Assembly: GCA_018669475.1 (NCBI GenBank)
Contig: JABHCC010000084.1
Span: 25,912-89,911 of the forward strand
Source of the DNA: Bacteroidota bacterium
GTDB taxonomy: Bacteria > Bacteroidota > Bacteroidia > Bacteroidales > UBA12481
Direction of reading: 5' to 3'
Length of the DNA: 64,000 bases
Within the stretch, counting starts at the first letter, position 1; every line of letters begins with the position of its first letter. Positions 45,520 to 56,327 of the stretch are shown piece by piece. The position numbers were made by a program, and so were the translations under genes. The notes under the pieces are model-generated. The model searched no databases and had not been told where the DNA came from. It saw only the letters and a list, made by a program, of their open reading frames with translations.

Positions 45520-47115
45520 TTAGAAGCCGTTTAGATTCATTGTTACTGTTGGAATTAGGAGTAGAAAGCCTATAATAATCAGTATAATAATCAAAGGAGT
45601 CACCCACTTAACCCACCTGTCATAAGGTATTTTTGCTACTCCCAGAACTCCAATCAATACACCTGATGTTGGCGTTATCATATTTGTAAAACCATCACCA
45701 AACTGAAATGCCATAACAGTGGCCTGTCGTGACAAACCTATCAGATCAGAGAATTGTGACATCATTGGCATTGTTAATGCCGCCTTACCTGAACCTGAAG
45801 GAATTACCACATTTAACATTGTTTGAAAAACATACATAACACCTACTGATGTCAGCCTTCCGGCATCTGACATAGCCTTTGAAACTCCATACAGGATAGT
45901 GTCAATGATCTTCCCTTCATTCAAAATAACAATAATCCCTCCGGCAAGCCCGACTACCATTGCTGCTCCCAATATATCCTTACTGCCTTCGATGAAAAGT
46001 TTGGTGATTTTATTCGGTGCATAATTCATAGTAATGCCTGAAAATAGTCCCATGGCAAAGAAAAGAGAAGCAATTTCCATCACGTACCAGCCATAGCCCA
46101 TCACACCAACAATCAGATAAAACATAGTCATGGCCAGCAAATGCAAAACAAAGAAATGAACCGACTTTCTAAGTGATAATAAACCGCCTAAAGTGAATAA
46201 GCCTGCTAGTACAGGAAGTCCAGGCCAACTATATATTTGGTTTCCAATCTGCATATCAGTGATGGGATTCTGAACTGCAATAAAAATTAATACAGCGCTC
46301 AATAAAACATATACTACCCATGCACTAATGCCAGGTTTTGACTGAACTGATTCTATATCAATCTGTCTTTGATCGCGCCAATAGGCATCTGCTTCATATA
46401 CCGGCGAGCGTTTTGGATCTTTCTTCACCCTCACAGCATACCGCAGAACGAAAAACATTCCAACAAAATTGATTACAATCCAGCAGAAAAGCCTGTATTC
46501 AATACCTGAAAACAATGGGATATTCGACAATCCCTGAGCAATTCCAATCGTAAAAGGATTGAGCAAAGCACCAGCAAAACCTAATCCCGCCGCAACAAAG
46601 ACCATTGATACACCAACAATGCTATCATAACCCATGGAAATCGAAAGAGGAACAAAAATGATTATAAAGGCTATGGTTTCCTCACTCATCCCAAAAACGG
46701 CTCCAAAAATTGAAAATAACAGCATGATGAAAGTGATAATAATATTGTTGACCCCCAGGTAACGCACAGCTTTGTTTCTCTCGAACTTGCCAGTCATCCG
46801 GAGGAAAGAATAAATACCTACATCAATAGCTTTACTGAAATTCATAATCCAGAAAGCTCCTCCAATTAGTATGATAAATGCAATAATATTGGCTGTATTG
46901 ACAAAGCCTTTGAATAGGGCTGAAAAAACCTGCCAGGTCTGAGCCTGGCTCTCAACAAAGTGAAAAGAGTTATTCACTATAATTTCCCGATCTGTTCCGT
47001 TGACTGAAACTGTCTCGCGATCGAACTCTCCACCGGGGATAAACCATGTTAAAACTGCTGCTAAAAGAATGATAGCAAAGATGATTACATATGTATGAGG
47101 AACTTTCTTAAGCAT
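45520..47115 (-). CDS. YfcC family transporter (putative basic amino acid antiporter / DcuC-like)
   Basis: KVPHTYVI, PGGEFDR, GMSEET, NPFTIGIAQ, PSGSGKA, FQFGDG.TN...PTSG; probable start 47115. Confidence 0.88.
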   Translation of the reverse strand: MLKKVPHTYVIIFAIILLAAVLTWFIPGGEFDRETVSVNGTDREIIVNNSFHFVESQAQTWQVFSALFKGFVNTANIIAFIILIGGAFWIMNFSKAIDVGIYSFLRMTGKFERNKAVRYLGVNNIIITFIMLLFSIFGAVFGMSEETIAFIIIFVPLSISMGYDSIVGVSMVFVAAGLGFAGALLNPFTIGIAQGLSNIPLFSGIEYRLFCWIVINFVGMFFVLRYAVRVKKDPKRSPVYEADAYWRDQRQIDIESVQSKPGISAWVVYVLLSAVLIFIAVQNPITDMQIGNQIYSWPGLPVLAGLFTLGGLLSLRKSVHFFVLHLLAMTMFYLIVGVMGYGWYVMEIASLFFAMGLFSGITMNYAPNKITKLFIEGSKDILGAAMVVGLAGGIIVILNEGKIIDTILYGVSKAMSDAGRLTSVGVMYVFQTMLNVVIPSGSGKAALTMPMMSQFSDLIGLSRQATVMAFQFGDGFTNMITPTSGVLIGVLGVAKIPYDRWVKWVTPLIIILIIIGFLLLIPTVTMNLNGF

Positions 47116-47204
47116 TTTCTTGATATTTTGTATAAAGAAAATGATAATTATCGCATGTTCCTTCCAATAATATTTCAAATTTTGTAAATCTTAATCTAAA
47201 GTAT

Positions 47205-48992
47205 ATGTCAATCAACAAAAAAGTCGGAGCCCTGCGTGAATTATTAGTGCAAAATAATCTTGACGCCGTCATAATTCCTTCTACCGATCCTCACATGGGG
47301 GAGTATGTTCCTGAGCACTGGGCTGAAAGAGAATGGATATCTGGCTTCACAGGCTCGGCCGGAACAGTTGTTATCACAAAAGATTTTGCGGGTTTATGGA
47401 CGGACTCCCGCTATTTTGTTCAGGCAGAGGAACAATTGTCTGACTCGGTAATGGAATTAGTTAAGCTTACAATTCCCCATACACCTGAACACATCATCTG
47501 GCTAATTAATACCCTTCCTGCCGGATCACGAATTGCCATAAACGGAAACATGGTTCCGGCCTCCATGATTGGATATATGCAAGATGAGCTGAACAAAAAG
47601 AACTTTGAACTGCTTACCGACCTTGATCTGATAAGTGCGATCTGGAAAGACCGTCCTTCTCTCCCTGCTAACAAAATCATTAAGCACAAAGTAGAATTCG
47701 CCGGACAATCCCGTACCAGCAAACTCGATGCGGTGGGTAAACTTATGACAGAAGCAGGAGCAACACATCATTTAGTTTGCACACTCGATGAAATTGCCTG
47801 GTTATTTAACCTCAGAGGAACAGATGTGGAGTTTAATCCCTTATTCGTAAGCTATGCCCTGATTGGTCCTGAACATAGTATCCTGTTCATCAATCGTGAT
47901 AAGATTCATTATGACCTTTTAGCTGATTTACTGACCGGCCCAATCAGAATAATGGACTATGATGCGCTTGCTGATGTTCTGCAGAATTTGCCACCTGAGT
48001 CATCCTTGTTGCTTGACCCGGGCAAAACAAATCAGACTCTGGTCGAGTCGATTCCGCATGGAATAAGGATCATCGAAGGCATGGGCCTGGTTACTGGTTT
48101 GAAGGCGATAAAGAATAAAACAGAGCTTGATGGTTTGCGAAATGTGATGGTAAAAGATGGTGTTGCCTGGGTGAAGTTTCTGTGCTGGCTCGATCAGAAT
48201 ATTGGGCAAACAAGGATCACTGAACTGTCTGCAGCAAATCATTTGGCCGCACTCCGGGAAGAACAGGAGAATTATCAGGGTCCGAGTTTTCATCCAATCT
48301 CATCATATGGAATTCACGGCTCGATTGTCCATTACGCAGTTGATGAGGAAAGCAATATAGAACTCCATCCCGAAGGCATATACTTGTGCGATACAGGTGG
48401 TCAGTATCTTGATGGAACCACTGATACTACCAGAACAATAACATTAGGTAAAACTACTGAACAGCAAAAAAGTGACTTCACCCTGGCTCTTAAAGGAACG
48501 CTGGGAGTAAGTATGCTTCGTTTTCCCGAAGGCACAAAAGGCTACCAAATGGATATTCTGGCCAGAAAAGCCCTTTGGGATCATGGTCTCACATACGGTC
48601 ATGGTACAGGTCATGGTGTCGGATTCTTTTTAAATGTACATGAAGGTCCACAGACTATCGGCACCGGCGCATCAGGCAATATGAATACTTCATTTCAACC
48701 AGGCATGGTCACAACAGTCGAGCCGGCAATTTACCGTGAAGGATCTCATGGCATGCGTACCGAAAACATGACAGTTTGTATTGAAGATATAAAAACTGAG
48801 TTCGGACAATTCTATAGTTTTGAAACTCTTACCTTGGCACCGATAGATCGTAATCTAATTAAAAAAAGCCTTCTCAGCGATAAGGAAATCGATTGGCTTA
48901 ATGTATATCATCAGAAGGTTTATGATAAACTACATTCCTTTTTGAACAATAAGGAAAGGGAATGGCTGAAAAATAAAACTGGTAAACTATAA
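47205..48992 (+). CDS. Aminopeptidase P family (M24B)
   Basis: DPH..EY, GFTGSAG, DSRY, D.GGQY.DGTTD.TRT, HGTGHGVG..L.VHEGP, EP, R.EN. Confidence 0.93.
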   Translation: MSINKKVGALRELLVQNNLDAVIIPSTDPHMGEYVPEHWAEREWISGFTGSAGTVVITKDFAGLWTDSRYFVQAEEQLSDSVMELVKLTIPHTPEHIIWLINTLPAGSRIAINGNMVPASMIGYMQDELNKKNFELLTDLDLISAIWKDRPSLPANKIIKHKVEFAGQSRTSKLDAVGKLMTEAGATHHLVCTLDEIAWLFNLRGTDVEFNPLFVSYALIGPEHSILFINRDKIHYDLLADLLTGPIRIMDYDALADVLQNLPPESSLLLDPGKTNQTLVESIPHGIRIIEGMGLVTGLKAIKNKTELDGLRNVMVKDGVAWVKFLCWLDQNIGQTRITELSAANHLAALREEQENYQGPSFHPISSYGIHGSIVHYAVDEESNIELHPEGIYLCDTGGQYLDGTTDTTRTITLGKTTEQQKSDFTLALKGTLGVSMLRFPEGTKGYQMDILARKALWDHGLTYGHGTGHGVGFFLNVHEGPQTIGTGASGNMNTSFQPGMVTTVEPAIYREGSHGMRTENMTVCIEDIKTEFGQFYSFETLTLAPIDRNLIKKSLLSDKEIDWLNVYHQKVYDKLHSFLNNKEREWLKNKTGKL

Positions 48993-48995
48993 CTC

Positions 48996-50228
48996 ATGGA
49001 CCTCATTATAAAGAACATCAAGACTCTGGTTCAAATTGACGAAAGCCATCGTCCTTATGTTGCTGGCAAAGAAATGGCTAATCTGAATACCCTGCCGGAT
49101 GCATGGTTGGCCATCACTGGTGGCAAGATTAGTTCATATGGATCAATGTCAGAATGCCCTGAAACGGATTCACCCGTTCTGGATGCCAGTGGTAAATTAC
49201 TTATGCCTGCATTTTGTGATTCACATACACACCTGGTGTATGCGGGATCACGCGAAATAGAATATATTGATAAAATCAGAGGCCTGTCATATGAAGAAAT
49301 TGCTAAAAGAGGGGGAGGAATAAATAATAGTGCCAGGCTTCTTCGAAATAGTACTGAAGAAGACCTCTTTGAACAGGCCATGAAACGAATTAATGAGATA
49401 ATCAGTAAAGGTACAGGTGCAGTTGAAATAAAAAGCGGATATGGCTTAGAGACGGGAGCTGAACTGAAGATGCTGAGAGTGATCAGAAAAATAAAGGAAT
49501 CATCACCCATAACTGTGAAATCAACCTTCCTGGGAGCTCATTCAGTACCTCTTGAATATAAAGGGCGACAGAGCGAATATGTCGATCTGCTTATTAGTGA
49601 TATGCTGCCAAAAGTAGCCGATGAAGGGCTAGCCGATTATGTGGATGTGTTTTGTGACAGAGGTTTCTTTACCGTCGACGAAACTGACCGCATTCTCGAA
49701 GCAGCAGCAAAGTATGGAATCACACCAAAAATTCATGCTAATGAGCTGGACTATTCTGGTGGAATACAAGTAGGTGTCAAGCACGGCGCACGATCAGTTG
49801 ATCACCTTGAATTTACTGGTGAAGACGAAATTGAAGTACTACGCGATTCAGGAACCATGCCAACCCTTCTTCCTGGTGCAGCCTTTTTCCTCGGTATGGA
49901 TTGGGCTCCGGCTCGCAAAATCATTGACTCCGGATTACCACTGGCCCTCGCTTCTGACTATAATCCGGGATCATCACCATCCGGAGATATGAAATTTATT
50001 ATGTCACTTGCATGTATTACAATGAGGATGCTCCCTGAAGAAGCTATTCACGCCACAACCATAAATTCAGCCTACGCAATGGGAGTAGAAAATGAATTAG
50101 GAACAATAACGATAGGAAAGAAAGCGAATCTGATCCTGACCAAGGAAATCACGGGATTAGAATTTCTACCATATGCATACACCACTAACCTTATAGACAA
50201 AGTAATATTAAACGGAAAAATAATATGA
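48996..50228 (+). CDS. hutI: Imidazolonepropionase
   Basis: DSHTH, GGGI, EIKSGYGL, FLGAH, HANE, SVDHLE, SDYNPGSSP. Confidence 0.95.
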   Translation: MDLIIKNIKTLVQIDESHRPYVAGKEMANLNTLPDAWLAITGGKISSYGSMSECPETDSPVLDASGKLLMPAFCDSHTHLVYAGSREIEYIDKIRGLSYEEIAKRGGGINNSARLLRNSTEEDLFEQAMKRINEIISKGTGAVEIKSGYGLETGAELKMLRVIRKIKESSPITVKSTFLGAHSVPLEYKGRQSEYVDLLISDMLPKVADEGLADYVDVFCDRGFFTVDETDRILEAAAKYGITPKIHANELDYSGGIQVGVKHGARSVDHLEFTGEDEIEVLRDSGTMPTLLPGAAFFLGMDWAPARKIIDSGLPLALASDYNPGSSPSGDMKFIMSLACITMRMLPEEAIHATTINSAYAMGVENELGTITIGKKANLILTKEITGLEFLPYAYTTNLIDKVILNGKII

Positions 50229-51910
50229 ATACGAAACTAATCGAATGCGTTCCCAATTTCTCTGAAGGGAGCGACATGGCCATAATAAAACAAATCACTG
50301 ATCAGATTGAATCAGTTGAAGGAGTAAGTCTTTTAGATGTTGATCCCGGAAAGGCAACCAACAGAACAGTCGTGACTTTTGTGGGCACACCTGAAGAAGT
50401 TATCGATGCGGCATTCCTGGCAATCAAAAAAGCTTGTGAATTGATCGATATGAGTAAGCACCAGGGTGAACATCCCCGTTTTGGAGCTACCGACGTATGC
50501 CCCTTGGTGCCGGTTGCTAACATAAGCATGGAAGAAACTGTGGAATACGCTCATAAGTTGGCCGAAAGAGTGGGTCGGGAACTTGACTTCCCTGTTTATT
50601 GCTATGAATTTGCTGCTCAAACTGATCAAAGAAAAAATCTGGCAAGCATTCGTTCAGGTGAATATGAAGGCCTGCCGGATAAATTATCAAGGACGGAATG
50701 GAAACCCGATTTCGGACCTGCTCGTTTCGTGCCGTCAACAGGTGTGGTTGCTATAGGAGCCAGAAACTTCCTTGTAGCATATAATATCAATCTGAATACA
50801 ACATCTACACGTCGTGCTAATTCTGTCGCTTTTGATGTTAGGGAGGCCGGACGGGTATTAAGAGAGGGTGACCCTATTTCAGGCAAAATTGTAAAAGATG
50901 AGAAAGGAAATAAAGTTCGTGTTGCCGGAAGTCTGAAGAAAGTTAAAGCCATTGGATGGTATATTGAGGAATACGCTGTTTGTCAAATATCTATGAACCT
51001 GACAGATATCACTATCACACCGGTTCATGTAGCTTATGATGAAGTATTTGACCGTTGCTACAAACGGGGTCTGAGAGTTACTGGCTCTGAACTTGTCGGA
51101 CTAATACCCTTGCAGGCCATGCTGGATGCAGGAAGACATTTTCTTTCAAAACAAACGAGATCTCTTGGTGTACCAGATAGTGAATTAATCAAGATTGCAG
51201 TAAAATCCATGGGGCTTGACGAATTGAAGCCTTTCATCCCTGAAGAACGAATTATTGAATATAAAATGGCAGGTCCAGATGGCAAACCACTTGTTTCAAT
51301 GAACCTTTCTGCTTTTGTTGAAGAAACTGCTTCTGAATCACCCGCCCCAGGAGGTGGATCTATTGCAGCTTATATGGGCGCAATGGGAGCTGCCCTGGCT
51401 ACGATGGTTGCTAATCTCTCAGCACATAAAAGAGGATGGGATGAGCGCTGGGAAGAGTTTTCTGAATGGGCAGTCCAGGGCAAAGAGGCTTATTTAAAGC
51501 TGCTGTATAAAGTGGATGAGGATACCGAGGCTTTTAACGGAATCATGGATGCTTTCGGATTACCTAAAGGCACAGATGATGAAAAGGCAGCACGTAAAGC
51601 AGCCATTCAGGAGGCTACAAAGATTGCAGTTCAGGTACCTCTTGAAACTATGAAACTGGCTTTTGATAGTATGACAGTAATAAAAAAGATGGCAGAGATA
51701 GGGAATCCTAATTCGGTAAGTGATGCAGGCGTAGCAGCTCTGGCTGCCCGGTCTGCTGTTTTTGGTGCCTATCTGAATGTAAAAATAAACCTGGGTGACT
51801 TATCAGATGAGGTATACAAATCAAACATCATTAAAGAAGCAGATGCATTGAAAATAGATTCTGCTCTTTTGGAAAAGGAGATTCTGGCAATCGTTGAATC
51901 TAAGATATAG
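50225..51910 (+). CDS. ftcD: Glutamate formimidoyltransferase / formiminotetrahydrofolate cyclodeaminase
   Basis: ECVPNFSEG, GEHPRFGA.DVCP, GSELVG; C-terminal S.SPAPGGGS, GNPNSVSD. Confidence 0.95.
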   Translation: MNTKLIECVPNFSEGSDMAIIKQITDQIESVEGVSLLDVDPGKATNRTVVTFVGTPEEVIDAAFLAIKKACELIDMSKHQGEHPRFGATDVCPLVPVANISMEETVEYAHKLAERVGRELDFPVYCYEFAAQTDQRKNLASIRSGEYEGLPDKLSRTEWKPDFGPARFVPSTGVVAIGARNFLVAYNINLNTTSTRRANSVAFDVREAGRVLREGDPISGKIVKDEKGNKVRVAGSLKKVKAIGWYIEEYAVCQISMNLTDITITPVHVAYDEVFDRCYKRGLRVTGSELVGLIPLQAMLDAGRHFLSKQTRSLGVPDSELIKIAVKSMGLDELKPFIPEERIIEYKMAGPDGKPLVSMNLSAFVEETASESPAPGGGSIAAYMGAMGAALATMVANLSAHKRGWDERWEEFSEWAVQGKEAYLKLLYKVDEDTEAFNGIMDAFGLPKGTDDEKAARKAAIQEATKIAVQVPLETMKLAFDSMTVIKKMAEIGNPNSVSDAGVAALAARSAVFGAYLNVKINLGDLSDEVYKSNIIKEADALKIDSALLEKEILAIVESKI

Positions 51911-51933
51911 AGCTATCTGGCAATGAACTTTTC

Positions 51934-51965
51934 AAAAAAGGTGCCGAATTCCGGCACTTTTTTTT
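51934..51965. terminator. Bidirectional intrinsic terminator
   Basis: AAAAAAG-GTGCCG-aattc-CGGCAC-TTTTTTTT between convergent genes. Confidence 0.85.
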
Positions 51966-52425
51966 AGAATACCATTTTCCATAAATTCCACCTTAAAACG
52001 GTGGAATCATTATACTGTCGTTCTAGCCAGAATTGATCATAGGCCAGTCTGATAATTCGCCAATCAGTAGTATCCTGAACATCCTTATTAAGCACTATCC
52101 ATCTTACCGAATCCTTATCGGCAAAGAATTGCCATGAACCAAAATATACCAGATTAGGATCGTATGCCTGACCTCCGGGTTGGCGATCCCAGGTATATGC
52201 CCCCTTATCTTTACCAGGGCTATCATGCAATATAAACTCTATATTATTAGTATTATACACCTCAATAGAATCAACATCATTGTAGGCCACACGGTCAAAA
52301 TACCATCTCCCAGCCACTCTCTGTCCTTTTGAATACAGACTAAATGCCGGTCCTTCCTCATACTTTTTACAGCCAACTGTAATAACAGTTAATACCAATA
52401 AAATAAATGCTGTTTTTCGTCTCAT
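51964..52425 (-). CDS. Hypothetical lipoprotein (lipocalin-like)
   Basis: Lipobox TVGC-KKYEEGP; R..G.W, G.W.F and W.I.RL patterns. Confidence 0.7.
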   Translation of the reverse strand: MRRKTAFILLVLTVITVGCKKYEEGPAFSLYSKGQRVAGRWYFDRVAYNDVDSIEVYNTNNIEFILHDSPGKDKGAYTWDRQPGGQAYDPNLVYFGSWQFFADKDSVRWIVLNKDVQDTTDWRIIRLAYDQFWLERQYNDSTVLRWNLWKMVF

Positions 52426-52446
52426 TCTTTACGTTCTTTCAAGTAA

Positions 52447-54570
52447 TTATTTGGGGTATTGAATCCGGGCGTGATAAATATTGGTTAGCTTTTTAAGAAA
52501 TATCTCCTTTGCCCTTGTAATATCTCTAAATGTAATCTCTGCTTCATTAAACTGATTTTCTGCCAATTGACTCTCAATAATATCATTGATTAATTGTCCC
52601 AGAGATGCTTCACTATAGTCTTTAAGGCTTCTCGAAGCAGCCTCAATTGAATCTGCCATCATCATCACAGCAGCCTCTTTACTATTCGGAGTTGGACCCG
52701 GATACAGGAATTCTTTATCCTCAATAATTTCCTCCGGATGTTTCCTTTTATACATTTTGTAAAAATACTGTGGTTTTGTTGTACCGTGATGAGTCAGAAT
52801 AAAATCAGCAACCGGTTTTGGAATTTTGTTCTTTTTCGCAATTTCAGCTCCACGTATCACATGCTTAATAATCAATGTTGCGCTTTCCTTGTGGTCCATA
52901 TTATCATGTGGATTCATATGGTCAACCTGGTTCTCAGTGAAATACATTGCACTTTCTATCTTTCCAATATCGTGGTACATCGCTCCTGCCCTGACCAATA
53001 GTGGATTGCCGCCAATCGACCGGATAACTGTCTCTGCAAGATTAGCAACCTGCATTGAGTGCTGAAAAGTCCCTGGTGCATCCTCGGCCAGTTTCCTGAG
53101 AATCGGATGATTCGAATCTGATAATTCTATTAAGGTAACATCTGAAATGAAGCCAAAAAGTTTCTCAAATATATATATGAGCGGATAGGAGAACAAAACC
53201 AAAACAGCATTTGCAGCCAGCCAGGCAATGTTAATCCATTCTATGGATAAAAATGAACCCTCATGCATAAGGGCAAGGCCCAGATAAAGTATCGCCGAAA
53301 CCAGAAAAACAATAATTGCTGTAAAAACTAATTGACTTCTTCGATGCAAATGAGAAAAAGAAACAATAGCCGCAAAACCTGCCATGATCTGGATGAAGAT
53401 AAAATTAAAACCATTCGGCACAAGAAATCCCACTATCATCATTGTAATAAGCAGAATAAAAAGAGATAGCCGCGAATCAAAAAACGCTCTCATCACAACT
53501 GGAGCTATAATAAATGGCACCAGATAAATGGATATAGTTTCTGATCGTCCGCCAAAACTTCCAGCCAGCACCGATAATACTATCAATAACAACACGAAAG
53601 TAAGTTTCAGATTATTCCGTACAATCTCTGGGCGGTATTGCCTCAGGAAAAAGAACAGAGCAAGAAAACAGGTCACAATTAACAACACCTGTCCGATCCT
53701 GATCAGCCAAATGGTAGTAATATCTCCCGTTTGGGCCTCGTAGGCCGATCTGAAAGATTCCAAATACATAAAAGCTTCATCACTTACCATTTCTCCTCGT
53801 CCGATTACACGCTGTCCCTCCTGAACCAAACCTCTTGTTGTACTAATCTCATCAAGTAAGGTTCTCTGAACTGCAAGGGTAGTTTCATGATCATAATTCA
53901 GGTTGCTCAGAATGTATCGGTTAAAGCCAATCTCTCCAAATAAGCGATCAACCAGTTCCCGGTCAACACCAGGCAATAACAGGGTATCCTGCAGCATTTG
54001 CTTCAATCTTTGATAATTCTCCAGGGTACCGGTAACTTCATTTGGTAAACGGTCAGAAACAATTTTGTTTCGAACTACCATCAAACCATTATCAACATCT
54101 GTCAATAGCTCAGACTCACCCAGCTCCGGTAAAATTCCCGTCTGGTAAATAGAATCCAGGCAAGCACTGACACGTAAGAGATATCTTGCCTCCAAATTAT
54201 GCAAGACAGGACCTGATAACAAAGTGTCGAGCGAATATGTGGCCACATATCGATCCCAAACCAGATGAAAACCATCCCTCAACAGGTATATTTGTTCGGC
54301 ACTCACACTCTCATCCAATTCAAAATAAGGCTTTAGTTGAGCCAATATACTATCTCTCTCCTGGATTAGATTATCGCCAGACTTTAATACCGGAAAGTCA
54401 AATTCGGCAATCAGAGTTTCGTGCATCCATGGCGATCCCTTTTGGAATTCGAAAGGGAAAGTACCCTGACGAGGAAACAAGTAGTATACTGACACAACCG
54501 CTGCAATAAACAGCAGGCCTGTAATAATGCGAGAGAAATAAACAGCGATTTTTCGTAAGATAGCTTTCAT
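52447..54570 (-). CDS. 7TM-HD (HDIG) phosphohydrolase, PgpH-like c-di-AMP phosphodiesterase family
   Basis: Extracellular domain + 7 TM, APGTFQHS, YHDIGK, F.ENQ, HHGT, F.YPGP.P, MADS.EAA. Confidence 0.88.
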   Translation of the reverse strand: MKAILRKIAVYFSRIITGLLFIAAVVSVYYLFPRQGTFPFEFQKGSPWMHETLIAEFDFPVLKSGDNLIQERDSILAQLKPYFELDESVSAEQIYLLRDGFHLVWDRYVATYSLDTLLSGPVLHNLEARYLLRVSACLDSIYQTGILPELGESELLTDVDNGLMVVRNKIVSDRLPNEVTGTLENYQRLKQMLQDTLLLPGVDRELVDRLFGEIGFNRYILSNLNYDHETTLAVQRTLLDEISTTRGLVQEGQRVIGRGEMVSDEAFMYLESFRSAYEAQTGDITTIWLIRIGQVLLIVTCFLALFFFLRQYRPEIVRNNLKLTFVLLLIVLSVLAGSFGGRSETISIYLVPFIIAPVVMRAFFDSRLSLFILLITMMIVGFLVPNGFNFIFIQIMAGFAAIVSFSHLHRRSQLVFTAIIVFLVSAILYLGLALMHEGSFLSIEWINIAWLAANAVLVLFSYPLIYIFEKLFGFISDVTLIELSDSNHPILRKLAEDAPGTFQHSMQVANLAETVIRSIGGNPLLVRAGAMYHDIGKIESAMYFTENQVDHMNPHDNMDHKESATLIIKHVIRGAEIAKKNKIPKPVADFILTHHGTTKPQYFYKMYKRKHPEEIIEDKEFLYPGPTPNSKEAAVMMMADSIEAASRSLKDYSEASLGQLINDIIESQLAENQFNEAEITFRDITRAKEIFLKKLTNIYHARIQYPK

Positions 54571-54574
54571 AATC

Positions 54575-54681
54575 TATGAACCGAGTATGACAAAAGGAAA
54601 ATCTTTTAACACACACCCGATGATTGTTTTTGTTGTGCGAGCTCCATCCGACAAATAAAATTAAATATATACGGATGAAAA
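54575..54681 (+). repeat. ~110-nt dispersed leader element, copy 2
   Basis: Near-identical to the reverse complement of 28573-28682; ends in CGG-ATGAAAA but the ORF is only MKIKQK*. Confidence 0.9.
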
Positions 54682-54759
54682 TTAAGCAAAAATAACATTT
54701 TATAAATTTGAATCCTTTCATTTCCAACAGCCAATCAAGAATTTTAATAATTTAGTTGC

Positions 54760-54873
54760 ATGAATCGAGCATGACAATATCTAAAAGCAGATTGTTACAT
54801 GTAAGAATATTTCTTTGATATGTAGGCTCTCCTGACTAAATCCGGGAGTAAATGAAATAAATAAACGGATGAA
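54760..54873 (+). repeat. Diverged copy 3 of the leader element, ending at the NlpC/P60 start codon
   Basis: Starts ATGAATCGAGCATGACAA (17/18 identical to copy 1), keeps TTTG.T.TG...GCTC and GAC(T)AAAT, ends AAATAAACGG-ATGAA. Confidence 0.6.
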
Positions 54874-55672
54874 TACTACTTTCAAGCGTTATGGTATCGT
54901 ACCGATCAGCTGTCTTTCTGTTTACAAAGAAGCTGACCACACCAGTGAAATGCTCAACCAATTACTTTTTGGTGAGTGCTTTGAGATTCTGAATGGATCT
55001 AATGACTGGGTCGAGATTCAAAGTTTGTTTGACAAATCTACTGGCTGGGTTCAAAGCCATTCTTTTTTACAGAGTGATGAACCAGGACCATTGCTGTCAG
55101 ACAAATCAACATACATCACAAGTCAGACAGTTATACTTAGCAGACCCGGGTACTGCTCATATACATTCACAATTTTACCAGGCAGCTCATTACCCTGCCC
55201 TCCCAGGCTGGGACATTCTTTCGAGCTGGCAGGTGTGAAGTTTCGATTTGAAACTCCAGTGCCTGAGCCTCCAGCTCTCGAGGGTGCAAGCAGTATTGAA
55301 GCTCTCGCTCTTGTATTTATTCATTCACCTTACCATTGGGGAGGCCGGAGTATTTTCGGAATTGACAGTTCAGGTCTCATCCAAATGGTAGCCAAACTGC
55401 AAAGGCATTCCCTGCCAAGATACTTGTCTGAACAGGTTCAACTGGGTCAGCCATTAAGCTTTGTTCAGGATGCAAAAGCAGGCGATCTTGCTTTCTTTGA
55501 CAACGAGGAAGGAGAGATTATTCATGCTGGAATTATTAGCGGCCCTGGAAAGATTATTCATGCTGCCGAATATGTTCGTGAAGATAGCATTGATCATGCC
55601 GGGATCTTCGATAAAAATCTGAACAAATACACCTATACATTACGTCTTATCAACCGTCTGGATCTCAAATAA
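54869..55672 (+). CDS. SH3 + NlpC/P60 (C40) family protein, catalytic Cys replaced by Ser
   Basis: SEM..QLLFGE SH3-like N-terminus; PY.WGG, GIDSSG (canonical DCSG), GDLAFF, H.GI, IIHA. Confidence 0.88.
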   Translation: MNTTFKRYGIVPISCLSVYKEADHTSEMLNQLLFGECFEILNGSNDWVEIQSLFDKSTGWVQSHSFLQSDEPGPLLSDKSTYITSQTVILSRPGYCSYTFTILPGSSLPCPPRLGHSFELAGVKFRFETPVPEPPALEGASSIEALALVFIHSPYHWGGRSIFGIDSSGLIQMVAKLQRHSLPRYLSEQVQLGQPLSFVQDAKAGDLAFFDNEEGEIIHAGIISGPGKIIHAAEYVREDSIDHAGIFDKNLNKYTYTLRLINRLDLK

Positions 55673-55770
55673 ATAGACCTTTGTTAAAGATGTGTTAAGA
55701 CTTCTTCTATTTTTTATAATTATAATATCTTTACACCCTCAAATTAACCTGGAATCAAAAACAACTTATC

Positions 55771-56268
55771 ATGACAAAAAGAATTTTATTTAGCTTGTTT
55801 GCCCTCGTTCTGATGGTGGCTTGCAACACCAATTCAGAAGAAGCAATTGAAATCACTACTGCCGAATTTTCTGAGCAAGCTGCTGACATGGTGGATCAGA
55901 AAGTAACTTTCGAAGGTACTGTAATGCATGTGTGCAAGCATGGTGGCAAAAAGATGTTCATCAACGAAGACAGAGTGAAAATAGTTGTTAGCGAACATCT
56001 TGCAGCTTTTGACCAAACTCTTGAAGGTAGTGAAGTAGTAATTACTGGTGTTATCATAGAAGAAATGGCCGCTCCTGTTCTCTCAGAAGATACCGACATG
56101 AAACACAAAGAAGGAGAAGAAACAGAACATTCAGAAGGTGATGATCCTACTGAAGAGAAAGAGCACGTTGAAGGTGACAATGAAGTTGCTGCTGAAGATT
56201 GCGACATGGAAGAGATTAAGCCACTCTATGTTGTTGAAATCATCAAAATTGCCGAGAAAGAAAACTAA
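55771..56268 (+). CDS. Hypothetical lipoprotein with HVCxHGGK motif and His/Glu-rich insert
   Basis: Lipobox MVAC; V..EG.V.HVCKHGGKKMF OB-fold-like segment; acidic His-containing linker. Confidence 0.7.
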   Translation: MTKRILFSLFALVLMVACNTNSEEAIEITTAEFSEQAADMVDQKVTFEGTVMHVCKHGGKKMFINEDRVKIVVSEHLAAFDQTLEGSEVVITGVIIEEMAAPVLSEDTDMKHKEGEETEHSEGDDPTEEKEHVEGDNEVAAEDCDMEEIKPLYVVEIIKIAEKEN

Positions 56269-56281
56269 TTATCAAATCTAA

Positions 56282-56313
56282 ATAAGAAGGTTAGGGCAAC
56301 CTGACCTTCTTAT
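56282..56313 (+). terminator. Long hairpin with GCAA tetraloop (terminator/mRNA stabiliser)
   Basis: ATAAGAAGGTTAGG-GCAA-CCTGACCTTCTTAT immediately after the stop at 56268. Confidence 0.7.
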
Positions 56314-56327
56314 CATTTCCTATCATC

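Noticed and set aside
54575-54681. c-di-AMP (ydaO) riboswitch upstream of the PgpH-like gene
   Set aside because: ydaO consensus elements were not recognised; the sequence instead belongs to the dispersed leader family reported above.
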